Counted from the first letter of the stretch, positions 19,314 to 28,157 are shown. The stretch is DNA of 64,000 bases from Sphingomonas sp. (GCA_051954515.1 JBQCHQ010000025.1:52774-116773), one strand, 5' to 3'. Translations and numbers: made by a program. Notes: generated by a model not told the origin, from the sequence alone.

Positions 19314-20080
19314 TCGCCTTCGAGTGCGCCGGCGAAACGCTGCTCGGCACGCTCGACCGCGCCGAAGGTGAGACCGGGCTGCTGATCGTCTCGGGCGGTA
19401 ACGAGATTCGCATCGGCGCGCATCGCGGCATGGCGGCGCTCGCCCAGCGCCTCGCCGAACGCAGCGTGCCGGTATTCCGCTTCGACCGCCGCGGCATCGG
19501 CGATTCGACCGGCGAGAATCATGACTATGCGTCGAGCGGCCCCGACATCGCCGCCGCCGCCGCCGCCTTTCGCCGGCACGCTCCCCACGTTCGCCGCCTC
19601 GTTGGTTTCGGCAATTGCGATGCCGCGACCGCGCTCGTGCTGTTCGGCAGCGAGGCCGGCCTCGACCGGCTGATCCTGTCCAACCCCTGGGTGATTGAAT
19701 CGACCGACGACCTTCCGCCCGCGGCCGCAATCCGCGCGCGCTACGCGGAGCGGCTGCGCGATCCGCGTGAATGGCGCCGGCTGCTCACGGGCGGCGTCAA
19801 TATCAGAAAGCTGATAAGCGGCTTACGAAAGGTGATGTCGAAACCGGACGAAGTTTCGAACTCGCTCGCCGATCGATTCTTCGCCGCACTACCGAATGAT
19901 GCCAGGGTGATTCTCGCCGAACGCGACACGACCGCGCAGGCCTTCGCCGCCGAAGCCGCGCGCCGCACTTGGTCCGGCGCGATCGAGCGCATCCCCACCG
20001 CCTCGCACAGCTACGCGCGGGCAGGCGATGGCGATGCCTTGTTCGAGGCGATCATTGCTGCCTTCCCCCCTTCGCCCTGA
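19301..20080 (+). CDS. Hydrolase 1, exosortase A system-associated
   Basis: SGGNEIRIGAHR, FDRRGIGDS, GNCDAA, NPW, ASHSY. Confidence 0.85.
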   Translation: MRELIAFECAGETLLGTLDRAEGETGLLIVSGGNEIRIGAHRGMAALAQRLAERSVPVFRFDRRGIGDSTGENHDYASSGPDIAAAAAAFRRHAPHVRRLVGFGNCDAATALVLFGSEAGLDRLILSNPWVIESTDDLPPAAAIRARYAERLRDPREWRRLLTGGVNIRKLISGLRKVMSKPDEVSNSLADRFFAALPNDARVILAERDTTAQAFAAEAARRTWSGAIERIPTASHSYARAGDGDALFEAIIAAFPPSP

Positions 20081-20138
20081 GCTTGTCGAAGGGCGAGGTT
20101 CGGGCGCACCCGAGCTTCGACAGGCTCAGCTCGAACGG
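20069..20138. repeat. Family A palindromic element; contains the hydrolase 1 stop codon
   Basis: ccttcgccctgagcttgtcgaagggc ... gcttcgacaggctcagctcgaacgg. Confidence 0.85.
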
Positions 20139-20147
20139 AAGGTGGCC

Positions 20148-21116
20148 CTACTCCGCCGCTTCGGCGACCTTCTCGAAATCGGCCTCGGCAAGGAAGCGTT
20201 CGGCGTCGAGGGCGGCCATACAGCCGGTGCCGGCGGCGGTCACCGCCTGGCGATAGACCTTGTCCATCACGTCGCCGCACGCAAACACGCCGGGCACGCT
20301 GGTCCTGGTGCTGCCGGTCTCGACCTTGATGTAATGATCGGCGTCGAGGTCGAGATGGCCGCGGAACAGCTCGGTCGCCGGATGGTGCCCGATCGCGACG
20401 AACCCGCCCTCGACGTCGAGCGTCGATAGCGCTCCGCTCACCGTGTCCTTGAGCTCCAGCGCTACCAGCCCCTCAGGCGACCCACCGCCCACGAAACGAT
20501 GCACTTCCTTGTTCCACAACACCTTGATGTTGGGATGTGCGAACAGCCGCTCCTGCAGGATCTTCTCGGCGCGAAGCGAATCGCGGCGATGGATCAGCGT
20601 CACGTCGGGGGAGTGGTTGGTGAGATACAGCGCTTCCTCGACCGCCGTGTTGCCGCCGCCGATCACCGCCACCTTCTTGCCGCGATAGAAGAAGCCGTCG
20701 CAAGTCGCACAGGCGCTGACGCCCTTGCCCTTCATCGCTTCCTCGCTGTCGAGCCCCAGCCACTTGGCCTGTGCGCCGGTGGCGATCACCAGCACCTCGC
20801 CCTCATAGACGTCGCCGCCGTCCCCGGTCAGCCGGAACGGGCGCCGCGACAGATCGACATCGACGATCGTGTCCCACATCAGCGTCGTGCCGACATGCTC
20901 GGCCTGTTTCTGCATCTGCTCCATCAGCCAAGGGCCCTGGATGACATCGGCAAAACCGGGATAATTCTCGACATCCGTTGTCGTCATCAGCTGTCCGCCG
21001 GGCTGGATTCCCTGGACGAGGATCGGCTTCATTCCTGCTCGCGCGCCGTAGATCGCAGCACTGAGCCCGGCGGGGCCCGAGCCGAGGATGAGCATGCGGG
21101 TCGAATGGGTGGTCAT
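20148..21116 (-). CDS. trxB: Thioredoxin-disulfide reductase
   Basis: GSGPAG, VENYPG, CATCDG, GGGNTA, GVFACGD. Confidence 0.97.
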   Translation of the reverse strand: MTTHSTRMLILGSGPAGLSAAIYGARAGMKPILVQGIQPGGQLMTTTDVENYPGFADVIQGPWLMEQMQKQAEHVGTTLMWDTIVDVDLSRRPFRLTGDGGDVYEGEVLVIATGAQAKWLGLDSEEAMKGKGVSACATCDGFFYRGKKVAVIGGGNTAVEEALYLTNHSPDVTLIHRRDSLRAEKILQERLFAHPNIKVLWNKEVHRFVGGGSPEGLVALELKDTVSGALSTLDVEGGFVAIGHHPATELFRGHLDLDADHYIKVETGSTRTSVPGVFACGDVMDKVYRQAVTAAGTGCMAALDAERFLAEADFEKVAEAAE

Positions 21117-21269
21117 CGATCAATCCTGCTGGAGTCCAAGCCCGTCTCTAGGGGCCAAGCGGCGTGGCATGCAACATGGGCGTCGCGCCAATCGCGGCAA
21201 TCGCGAGAAATGGTTTGCGGCCGCATCGTTTGGCTTGCACCATCGTTGTAGCGGCAAGGAGAAGCGGCC

Positions 21270-23561
21270 ATGAGCGACGAGCGAGAGATCGACACGACAC
21301 CCTATTCGGGGCCGGCGGGCGGCTGGGGCTCGATGAAGTCGCTCTCCAAGATCATCGCGCGCGAGAAGGATGCGCCCGTCGAGATCGTTTCGCAGCTCTC
21401 GCGCCAGAACAAGCCCGAAGGCTTCATGTGCGTCAGCTGCGCCTGGGGCAAGCCGGCCAAGCCGCACCTAGCCGAATTCTGCGAGAACGGCGCCAAGGCG
21501 ACCGCTTGGGAGCTGACCAGCCTGCGCGTCACCCCCGATTTCTTTCAGGAGCACACGGTTGGCGAGCTGCTGACCTGGAAGGATCACGACCTCGAACAGG
21601 CAGGCCGCCTCACGCACCCGCTCAAATACGATCCCGGGACCGACAAATATATCGCGGTAAGCTGGCCCGAGGCGTTCGCCGACATCGGCGCGCACCTCAA
21701 AACTTACGATCCCACCAAGGTGATCTTCTACGCCTCGGGCCGCGCCAGCCTTGAGACCTCATACATGTATTCGCTGTTCGCGCGGATGTACGGCAGCCAG
21801 AACCTGCCCGACAGCTCGAACATGTGCCACGAAACCACCTCGGTCGGCCTCAAGTCGGCGATCGGCTCGCCGGTCGGCACGATTCATCTCGAAGATTACG
21901 ACACTTGCGACGCGATCTTCTTCTTCGGTCAGAACACCGGATCGAACAGCCCGCGCTTCCTCCACCCGCTCCAGCGCTGCGCCGAGCGGGGTGTCGAGAT
22001 CGTCACCTTCAATCCGCTCAAGGAACGCGGCCTCGAACGCTTCATCAACCCGCAGAACCCGGCCCAGATGCTGACCGGCAAGGCGACCCAGATCTCGACC
22101 CAATACCACCAGGTCAAGGCCGGCGGCGACATCGCGGCGCTGATGGGCATGTGCAAATACACGATCGAGGCCGACGACGCCGCCCGCGCCAAGGGCGAGC
22201 CCGCGGTGCTCGACCACGCCTTCATCGCCGAGCACACCAAGGGCTTCGACGCCTTCGCGAACCGCGCCCGCGGCACGTCTTGGGAGGAGATCGAACGCGA
22301 GAGCGGGCTGCCGCGCAAGGCGATCACCGACGCTGCAAAGGTCTATTGCCGCTCGGAACGAGTCATCGCGGTCTATGGCATGGGCCTGACGCAGCACCGA
22401 CACGGCATCGACAACGTCCACATGCTGGTCAACCTGATGCTGCTGAGGGGCAATATCGGCAAGCCCGGCGCCGGCATGGGGCCGGTGCGCGGGCACAGCA
22501 ACGTCCAGGGCCAGCGCACCGTCGGCATCACTGAAAAACCCGAGCTCGCCCCGCTCGACCTGCTCGCAAAGCTGTACGATTTCGAGCCGCCGCGCGAGAA
22601 GGGTTGGGACACGGTCGAATCTTGCGAGGCGGTGCTCGGCGGCAGCGCGCAGGCATTCGTCGGGCTGGGCGGCAACTTCACTCGCGCGATCCCCGATCAG
22701 GCGCGGATCGAGCCGGTCTGGCGCAAGCTCGACTTGACCGTCCACATCGCCACCAAGCTCAACCGCTCGCACCTGCTGCCCGGCAAGACGTGCTATCTGC
22801 TCCCTTGCCTCGGCCGGATCGAGACGGACATGCAGGCCTCGGGCCCGCAGGCGGTGACGATCGAGGATTCGTTCAGCAACATCTACGGCTCGCGCGGCAA
22901 GGCGAAGCCGGCCAGCCAACACCTCCTCTCCGAGCCGATGATCGTCGCCGAGATCGCCAAGGCGACGCTGCCGCCCAATCCCAAGGTGAATTGGGATGCC
23001 TGGACGGCGGATTATTCGCTGGTGCGCGACGCGATCGAGGCGACTTATCCGGACAAGTTCAAGAATTTCAACGCGCGGCTATGGACTCCGGGCGGCTTCT
23101 GGAAGGGCAATGCCGCCGCGCACCGCCAATGGCTGACCAAGAGCGGCAAGGCCGAGTTCAACTGCCCGGCCGGCCTCAGCGCCACCGGCTTCGATGATGC
23201 GCCCGGACGTTACCGGCTTATGACGCTCCGCTCGAACGATCAGTTCAACACCACGATCTACGGCTATCATGATCGCTTCCGCGGCATCAAAGGCACGCGC
23301 GACGTAGTGCTGATGAACCGGGCAGACATGGCCAAGGCAGGCGTTGCCGAGGGCGATAGGGTCGCTTTGATCGGCGATTCGGGCGACAATATCGAGCGCC
23401 GCGTCGCCGGCCTGCGCGTGGTGACCTATGAGGTGCCCGAAGGCTGTCTCGGCGCTTATTATCCCGAATGCAACGACCTCATCCCGGTTGCTCACCACGC
23501 CCTGGAAAGCCATGTTCCGGCGGGAAAATCGGTACCGGTCAAGCTGGAGGTGATGCGCTGA
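21270..23561 (+). CDS. FdhF/YdeP family molybdopterin oxidoreductase
   Basis: PAGGWG, CVSCAW, FCENGAKA, SNMCHE, RGHSNVQG, TLRSNDQFNTTIY. Confidence 0.93.
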   Translation: MSDEREIDTTPYSGPAGGWGSMKSLSKIIAREKDAPVEIVSQLSRQNKPEGFMCVSCAWGKPAKPHLAEFCENGAKATAWELTSLRVTPDFFQEHTVGELLTWKDHDLEQAGRLTHPLKYDPGTDKYIAVSWPEAFADIGAHLKTYDPTKVIFYASGRASLETSYMYSLFARMYGSQNLPDSSNMCHETTSVGLKSAIGSPVGTIHLEDYDTCDAIFFFGQNTGSNSPRFLHPLQRCAERGVEIVTFNPLKERGLERFINPQNPAQMLTGKATQISTQYHQVKAGGDIAALMGMCKYTIEADDAARAKGEPAVLDHAFIAEHTKGFDAFANRARGTSWEEIERESGLPRKAITDAAKVYCRSERVIAVYGMGLTQHRHGIDNVHMLVNLMLLRGNIGKPGAGMGPVRGHSNVQGQRTVGITEKPELAPLDLLAKLYDFEPPREKGWDTVESCEAVLGGSAQAFVGLGGNFTRAIPDQARIEPVWRKLDLTVHIATKLNRSHLLPGKTCYLLPCLGRIETDMQASGPQAVTIEDSFSNIYGSRGKAKPASQHLLSEPMIVAEIAKATLPPNPKVNWDAWTADYSLVRDAIEATYPDKFKNFNARLWTPGGFWKGNAAAHRQWLTKSGKAEFNCPAGLSATGFDDAPGRYRLMTLRSNDQFNTTIYGYHDRFRGIKGTRDVVLMNRADMAKAGVAEGDRVALIGDSGDNIERRVAGLRVVTYEVPEGCLGAYYPECNDLIPVAHHALESHVPAGKSVPVKLEVMR

Positions 23562-24064
23562 TCCTCGGCGCGGTCATCGCCGGCGGCCGATCGAGCCGGT
23601 TCGGCAGCGACAAGGCCGAGGCACTGCTCGACGGCAAGCCGCTGCTCGACCACGCCGTCGCGGCGATCCGGCCGCACGTCGACGCGATCGTTCTGGTCGG
23701 CCGCGATCGCACGGGTTGGCTCGCCGACCGCCCCCGCCCCGGCCTCGGCCCGCTCGGCGGCATCGCCTCGGCGCTCCATCACGCCGAAACGCGCCAATAC
23801 GAGCGCGTGCTGACGATCGGCTGCGACATGCCGCGCGTCCCCGCCGAACTCCTCGAAGCGCTTGTCGAGCGCGCCCCGGCTTATTGCCGCGAGGCGCCGA
23901 TCCTCGGCTGCTGGCCCGCGTCGCTGTCAGCCTCGCTCGACGCCTATGTCGCGGCAGACGCGAAGCGATCGATCCGCGGCTGGGCCGAATCGATCGGCGC
24001 GGTCTGCCTCGATGCTGCCCCGCTCGCCAACATCAACACGCCGGCCGACCTGGCGGCGTTATGA
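23558..24064 (+). CDS. mobA: Molybdenum cofactor guanylyltransferase (probable CTG start)
   Basis: ILGAVIAGGRSSRFGSDKA, GPLGG, CDMP, NINTPAD; GGAGG 7 nt before CTG. Confidence 0.88.
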   Translation: MILGAVIAGGRSSRFGSDKAEALLDGKPLLDHAVAAIRPHVDAIVLVGRDRTGWLADRPRPGLGPLGGIASALHHAETRQYERVLTIGCDMPRVPAELLEALVERAPAYCREAPILGCWPASLSASLDAYVAADAKRSIRGWAESIGAVCLDAAPLANINTPADLAAL

Positions 24065-24885
24065 CGTCGTCGCGAACCACCAAGCTGCTCGTCCTGCGGC
24101 CCGGCGGCGCGGAGGCCGCCACGCGCGCGATCGCGGTGGAAGCGCCGGTGGCGATCGAGATCAACGGGCTCGGCTATGCAGTGATGATGATGACCCCCGA
24201 GGCGCTGGCCGAATTCGCCACCGGATTCATGCTCACCGAGCGCCTCGCCGACACGCCCGCCGATATCCTCGACCTCGATCCATTCGAGACCGAAAGCGGC
24301 TGGATCGTCCGCGTCACCCTCGCCGAACGCTGCGCCGTGCGCATCCAGGATCGAGTTCGCCACCGCAGCAGCGACACCGGCTGCGGTTTGTGCGGCATTG
24401 CCGGGCTCGAGCAGGTTGTCCGCCCGGTTGCAGCGCCCTCGCCCCAGCCAATGGTCGAGCCGCGCGCGCTGTTCGCCGCGCTGTCCGCAATCCGCGACCA
24501 CCAGCCGCTCAATGCCGCGACCGGCGCGGTCCACGCCGCCGCCTTGTGCGATGCCGATGGCGCGATCGTCGCGGCGTTCGAGGATGTCGGCCGCCACAAT
24601 GCGCTCGACAAACTGATCGGCGCGATCGCGCTTCAGCAGCAAGACATCGCCGCGGGATTCCTGCTCGTCACCTCACGGATCAGCTTCGAGATGGTCGACA
24701 AGGCGCTGGTTGCCGGCGCGCCGCTGCTGGCCGGCATCTCGGCCCCCACCACGATGGCGCTCGACCATGCCAGGCGCCACGGCCTCACCCTCATCGCGCT
24801 CGCTCGGCCCGACGCCGTGCTGGTCGTCAACGATCCGGCCGGCCTGTTCGCCGCGCCTCAACGCGGGGCGAGCGCCGCCGAATAG
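24061..24885 (+). CDS. fdhD: Formate dehydrogenase accessory sulfurtransferase
   Basis: GCGLCG, TGAVHAA, EDVGRHNALDK, SAPT. Confidence 0.93.
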   Translation: MTSSRTTKLLVLRPGGAEAATRAIAVEAPVAIEINGLGYAVMMMTPEALAEFATGFMLTERLADTPADILDLDPFETESGWIVRVTLAERCAVRIQDRVRHRSSDTGCGLCGIAGLEQVVRPVAAPSPQPMVEPRALFAALSAIRDHQPLNAATGAVHAAALCDADGAIVAAFEDVGRHNALDKLIGAIALQQQDIAAGFLLVTSRISFEMVDKALVAGAPLLAGISAPTTMALDHARRHGLTLIALARPDAVLVVNDPAGLFAAPQRGASAAE

Positions 24886-25445
24886 AGGTGCCATCGCCGC
24901 TCGGCCTGGGTCGAGCCGGGCACGTCGTTCACGCGGCGCAGCGTGTAATGCCCGGCGAAGCGCTGCCGCGTGCCGTCCTTCAGCCGCGCATGGACGGTGA
25001 CGGGCACGTCGATATAGGTCGACCCCGCCGCACCACCGCCATTGCCCGGCGTGCCGACCTCGACCGAGGTCGCCGCCGTCTCGGCGAACCCGCGCTTGAA
25101 ATCGGCGAAGCTCTGATGGCTGTCCTGCCCGCCATTACCCCAGCGCTCGTAAGCGGCGCGGAAATCGCCGTGATTGAGATCGGCATAATAATGCCGCACG
25201 ACGTTGGCGGCGCCTTGCGCGGTATCGTCGATCGTCATCGTGTCATCGTCGATGGCATTCGACGCAGCGGGCGTGGCATTTTCGGTGGCGCTGATAGCAT
25301 CGCCGGTCGGCTCGGCGGTTTCGGGTGCCGGCGGCGTCACGGTCGTTGCGGGAAGAGCGGCATTCTCCTTCTTCGGCGCGCCGTCACAAGCGGCGAGCGC
25401 CAACGCTGTTGAAACTCCCAATGGCGCGATCCATCGTCTGCGCAT
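24858..25445 (-). CDS. Hypothetical lipoprotein
   Basis: MRRRW...LALAAC lipobox, A/P/T linker, globular C-terminus (YYADL..GDFRAAY; GAAGSTYIDVPV). Confidence 0.75.
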   Translation of the reverse strand: MRRRWIAPLGVSTALALAACDGAPKKENAALPATTVTPPAPETAEPTGDAISATENATPAASNAIDDDTMTIDDTAQGAANVVRHYYADLNHGDFRAAYERWGNGGQDSHQSFADFKRGFAETAATSVEVGTPGNGGGAAGSTYIDVPVTVHARLKDGTRQRFAGHYTLRRVNDVPGSTQAERRWHLYSAALAPR

Positions 25446-25479
25446 TCTACGTCCTTCGGCCATTAATCCGAACGCGACC

Positions 25480-25504
25480 AACGCATTGCGCCGCCCGACG
25501 TTCA
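25480..25504 (-). promoter_or_regulatory. ECF-sigma-type promoter of the lipoprotein gene
   Basis: Minus strand TGAAC-N16-CGTT, about 35 nt before the ATG. Confidence 0.4.
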
Positions 25505-25516
25505 GTAAACGGCCTA

Positions 25517-25675
25517 TCAAATCGTCCAGATCGCCACATTGGCGACCAGCACGGCGGCGGCGACCAGCATCAGGACGCCTTTGCTCCGCGCATCGGGACG
25601 GCGAAGAAGCGCGATGCCGCCGAGCACCAGCGCGAAGGCGGCGAGCATGGCTATCGCGGGCGCGGCCTCGATCAT
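25517..25675 (-). CDS. Small two-TM membrane protein (52 aa)
   Basis: MIEAAPAIAMLAAFALVLGGIALLRRPDARSKGVLMLVAAAVLVANVAIWTI; ATGA overlap with the upstream gene. Confidence 0.7.
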   Translation of the reverse strand: MIEAAPAIAMLAAFALVLGGIALLRRPDARSKGVLMLVAAAVLVANVAIWTI

Positions 25676-26658
25676 GCCGGTTCCTCGATCCGCGCTGGCT
25701 CGCCCGCGAGCGCGCGGCCGAACGATTCGGCGTCGGTATTGCCCCCCGACAGGATCACCAGCATGCCGGCTTGCGGCGCCACTTTCCCCGCCAGCACAGC
25801 CGCCAGCGCCACCGCACCGCCGGGTTCGACCACGAGGTGCAGCCGCTCGGCCGCCCAGCGTTGCGCCGCGCGCACCTCCTCCTCGCTCACCGCGACCCCG
25901 GTCGTGCCGCGATTGGCCAGCACCTCGAAGGTCAGCGGCGAGACGCGCGTCGTCTGCAGCGCGTCGCATGCCGTGGGCGGCGGATCGTCGCCGACCGGCT
26001 CGATCCAGCCGGCCTCGAGGCTCCGGCGCATGTCATCCCAGCCTTCGGGTTCGACGACGGTAATTTGTGCGTCGGGCAAAGCGAGCGCGGTTCCCGCCGC
26101 CAGCCCGCCGCCGCCGCAGGGCACCACCGCATGGGAAGGCTCGGGCAGCCCCGCTTCGACCATCTGCACCGCCGCCTCGAGAGCGGCCGAGCCTTGCCCT
26201 TCGATGACCCACGGATCGTCGAAGCTCGGCACCAGCACCGCGCCGCGAGCCTCGGCGAGCTTGGCGGCGATCGCTTCGCGGCTCTCGCTCGCGCGGTCAT
26301 AAGCCACCACTTCGGCGCCCAGGGCCAGCGTCGCCTCGCGCTTCACCCGCGGCGCGTCGGCGGGCATTACGATCACCGCGGGCAGCCCGAGCCGCTTCGC
26401 CGCCCAGGCGACGCCCTGCGCGTGATTGCCCGAGGAAAAAGCCACCACGCCGCGCCGCCGCGCGCTCGATTCGATCGCGGTCAGCCGATGCCACGCCCCG
26501 CGCAGCTTGAACGCGCCCATCGGCTGCAGCGATTCGGCCTTGAAGGCTACGGGCACGCCGCCGATCTCGCGCACGAACAGCGGCGACGGCGGCAGGATTT
26601 GTGCAATCTTTGCAGCAGCATCGCGCACGCCGGCCCGGGTTGGTTGTCGCACGATCAT
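25672..26658 (-). CDS. Threonine/serine dehydratase (PLP fold II)
   Basis: KAESLQPMGAFKLRG, SSGNHAQG, CGGGGL, ILSGGN. Confidence 0.92.
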   Translation of the reverse strand: MIVRQPTRAGVRDAAAKIAQILPPSPLFVREIGGVPVAFKAESLQPMGAFKLRGAWHRLTAIESSARRRGVVAFSSGNHAQGVAWAAKRLGLPAVIVMPADAPRVKREATLALGAEVVAYDRASESREAIAAKLAEARGAVLVPSFDDPWVIEGQGSAALEAAVQMVEAGLPEPSHAVVPCGGGGLAAGTALALPDAQITVVEPEGWDDMRRSLEAGWIEPVGDDPPPTACDALQTTRVSPLTFEVLANRGTTGVAVSEEEVRAAQRWAAERLHLVVEPGGAVALAAVLAGKVAPQAGMLVILSGGNTDAESFGRALAGEPARIEEPA

Positions 26659-26688
26659 CTCGCCTCGTCCCTCACTTTCGCACAACGC

Positions 26689-26791
26689 TTTACATCGCCG
26701 CGCGCTGATCCTATGTCGCGCCTCCGCTGCCCCATGGGACTTCCTACCGCAAGGCAGCTTTGTGTGAACTACCCAATGGAGGTCCCTTGAA
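26689..26791 (+). promoter_or_regulatory. Promoter and structured 5' leader of ornithine decarboxylase
   Basis: TTTACA-N17-TATGTC; stem GCTGCC/GGCAGC whose loop GGGACTTCC is complementary to the SD region GGAGGTCCC. Confidence 0.5.
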
Positions 26792-28012
26792 TTGGCCAAG
26801 CACGATAGCGCGCTGGGGCTAGCAATCGCCCCCGTCGATGTCACCCGTGGCATCGATCTCGTTCATGCTCGCCCGGTTCAGCCGGTCACGCTCGTCCGCC
26901 CCCATGCGGCGGCGCGTGCCGCCCGATTCTTCGTCGAGAAGTTTCCGGGCCGGTCGATCTATGCGGTGAAGGCGAACCCGTCGCCCGATCTGATCCGAAT
27001 CCTGTGGGATAACGGCATCACGCATTACGACGTCGCCTCGATCGCCGAAGTGCGGCTCGTCGCGCGGACGCTGCCTGAGGCGACCTTGTGCTTCATGCAC
27101 CCGGTCAAGGCCGAGGAAGCGATCCGCGAAGCCTATGTCACGCACGGCGTGCGCACCTTCAGCCTCGATACGATCGAGGAGCTGGAGAAGATCATGCGCG
27201 CGACGGGCAATGCGACCGATCTGACCTTGTGTGTACGCCTGCGCGTATCGTCGGAGCATTCGAAGCTCAGCCTCGCCGCCAAGTTCGGCGCCGCGCCGCA
27301 CGAGGCGAAGGAGCTGTTGTTCGCGGCGCGCCAGGCGGCCGACGCGCTCGGCATCTGCTTCCATGTCGGCAGCCAGGCGATGACGCCCGACGCTTATGCC
27401 GAGGCGATGGAGCGCGTCCGTGCGGCGATCGTCGAGGCGGCGGTGACGGTCGACGTGATCGATGTCGGCGGTGGTTTTCCGTCGGTCTATCCCGGCATGG
27501 AGCCGCCCAATCTCGAAGCCTATTTCGAGACGATCCACCGCGCCTTCGAAAGCTTGCCGATCAGCTATTCGGCGGAGCTGTGGGCCGAGCCCGGCCGCGC
27601 GCTCTGTGCCGAGTACAGCTCGTTGATCGTCCGCGTCGAGAAGCGCCGCGGTGACGAGCTCTACATCAACGATGGCGCCTATGGCGCGCTGTTCGACGCC
27701 GCGCATATCGGCTGGCGCTTCCCCGTCCGCCTGCTGCGCGAGCCGGAGAGCACTGTCCGCGACATGCCGTTCAGCTTTTACGGCCCGACCTGCGACGACC
27801 TCGATCATATGGCCGGCCCGTTCGAGCTTCCCGCCGACGTTCGCGCTGGCGATTATATCGAGATCGGCATGCTCGGCGCATACGGCGCGGCGATGCGCAC
27901 CGCCTTCAACGGCTTCGGATCGGACGAGACGGTGATCGTCACCGACGAGCCGATGGCTTCGCTCTACATGGGCGAGGCCGAGAAGGTCGCATCGAACGTC
28001 GTAACGCTGTAA
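26792..28012 (+). CDS. Ornithine decarboxylase (alanine-racemase fold, group IV)
   Basis: YAVKANP, DVAS, FHVGSQ, DVGGGF, EPGR, YGPTCD, GAYG; TTG start. Confidence 0.9.
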   Translation: MAKHDSALGLAIAPVDVTRGIDLVHARPVQPVTLVRPHAAARAARFFVEKFPGRSIYAVKANPSPDLIRILWDNGITHYDVASIAEVRLVARTLPEATLCFMHPVKAEEAIREAYVTHGVRTFSLDTIEELEKIMRATGNATDLTLCVRLRVSSEHSKLSLAAKFGAAPHEAKELLFAARQAADALGICFHVGSQAMTPDAYAEAMERVRAAIVEAAVTVDVIDVGGGFPSVYPGMEPPNLEAYFETIHRAFESLPISYSAELWAEPGRALCAEYSSLIVRVEKRRGDELYINDGAYGALFDAAHIGWRFPVRLLREPESTVRDMPFSFYGPTCDDLDHMAGPFELPADVRAGDYIEIGMLGAYGAAMRTAFNGFGSDETVIVTDEPMASLYMGEAEKVASNVVTL

Positions 28013-28030
28013 CGACGACACCATCCATAT

Positions 28031-28097
28031 CCGTCATGCCGGCGCAGGCCGGCATCTCTTCATTATGGAGAGACCCCAGCTTTCGCTGGGGTGACGG
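28031..28097. repeat. CGTC-tagged REP doublet, family C
   Basis: ccgtcatgccggcgcaggccggcatctc ... gagaccccagctttcgctggggtgacgg. Confidence 0.85.
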
Positions 28098-28157
28098 ATA
28101 CTTTTTCGGGTTTCCGCGTCCCCATCAACGACGCTGGCTGACTGTTGGAGAATCCAA

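Noticed and set aside
26713-26733. Longer uORF start (ATG 26713) for the ODC leader peptide
   Set aside because: It lies within the predicted -10 box and is probably not transcribed.
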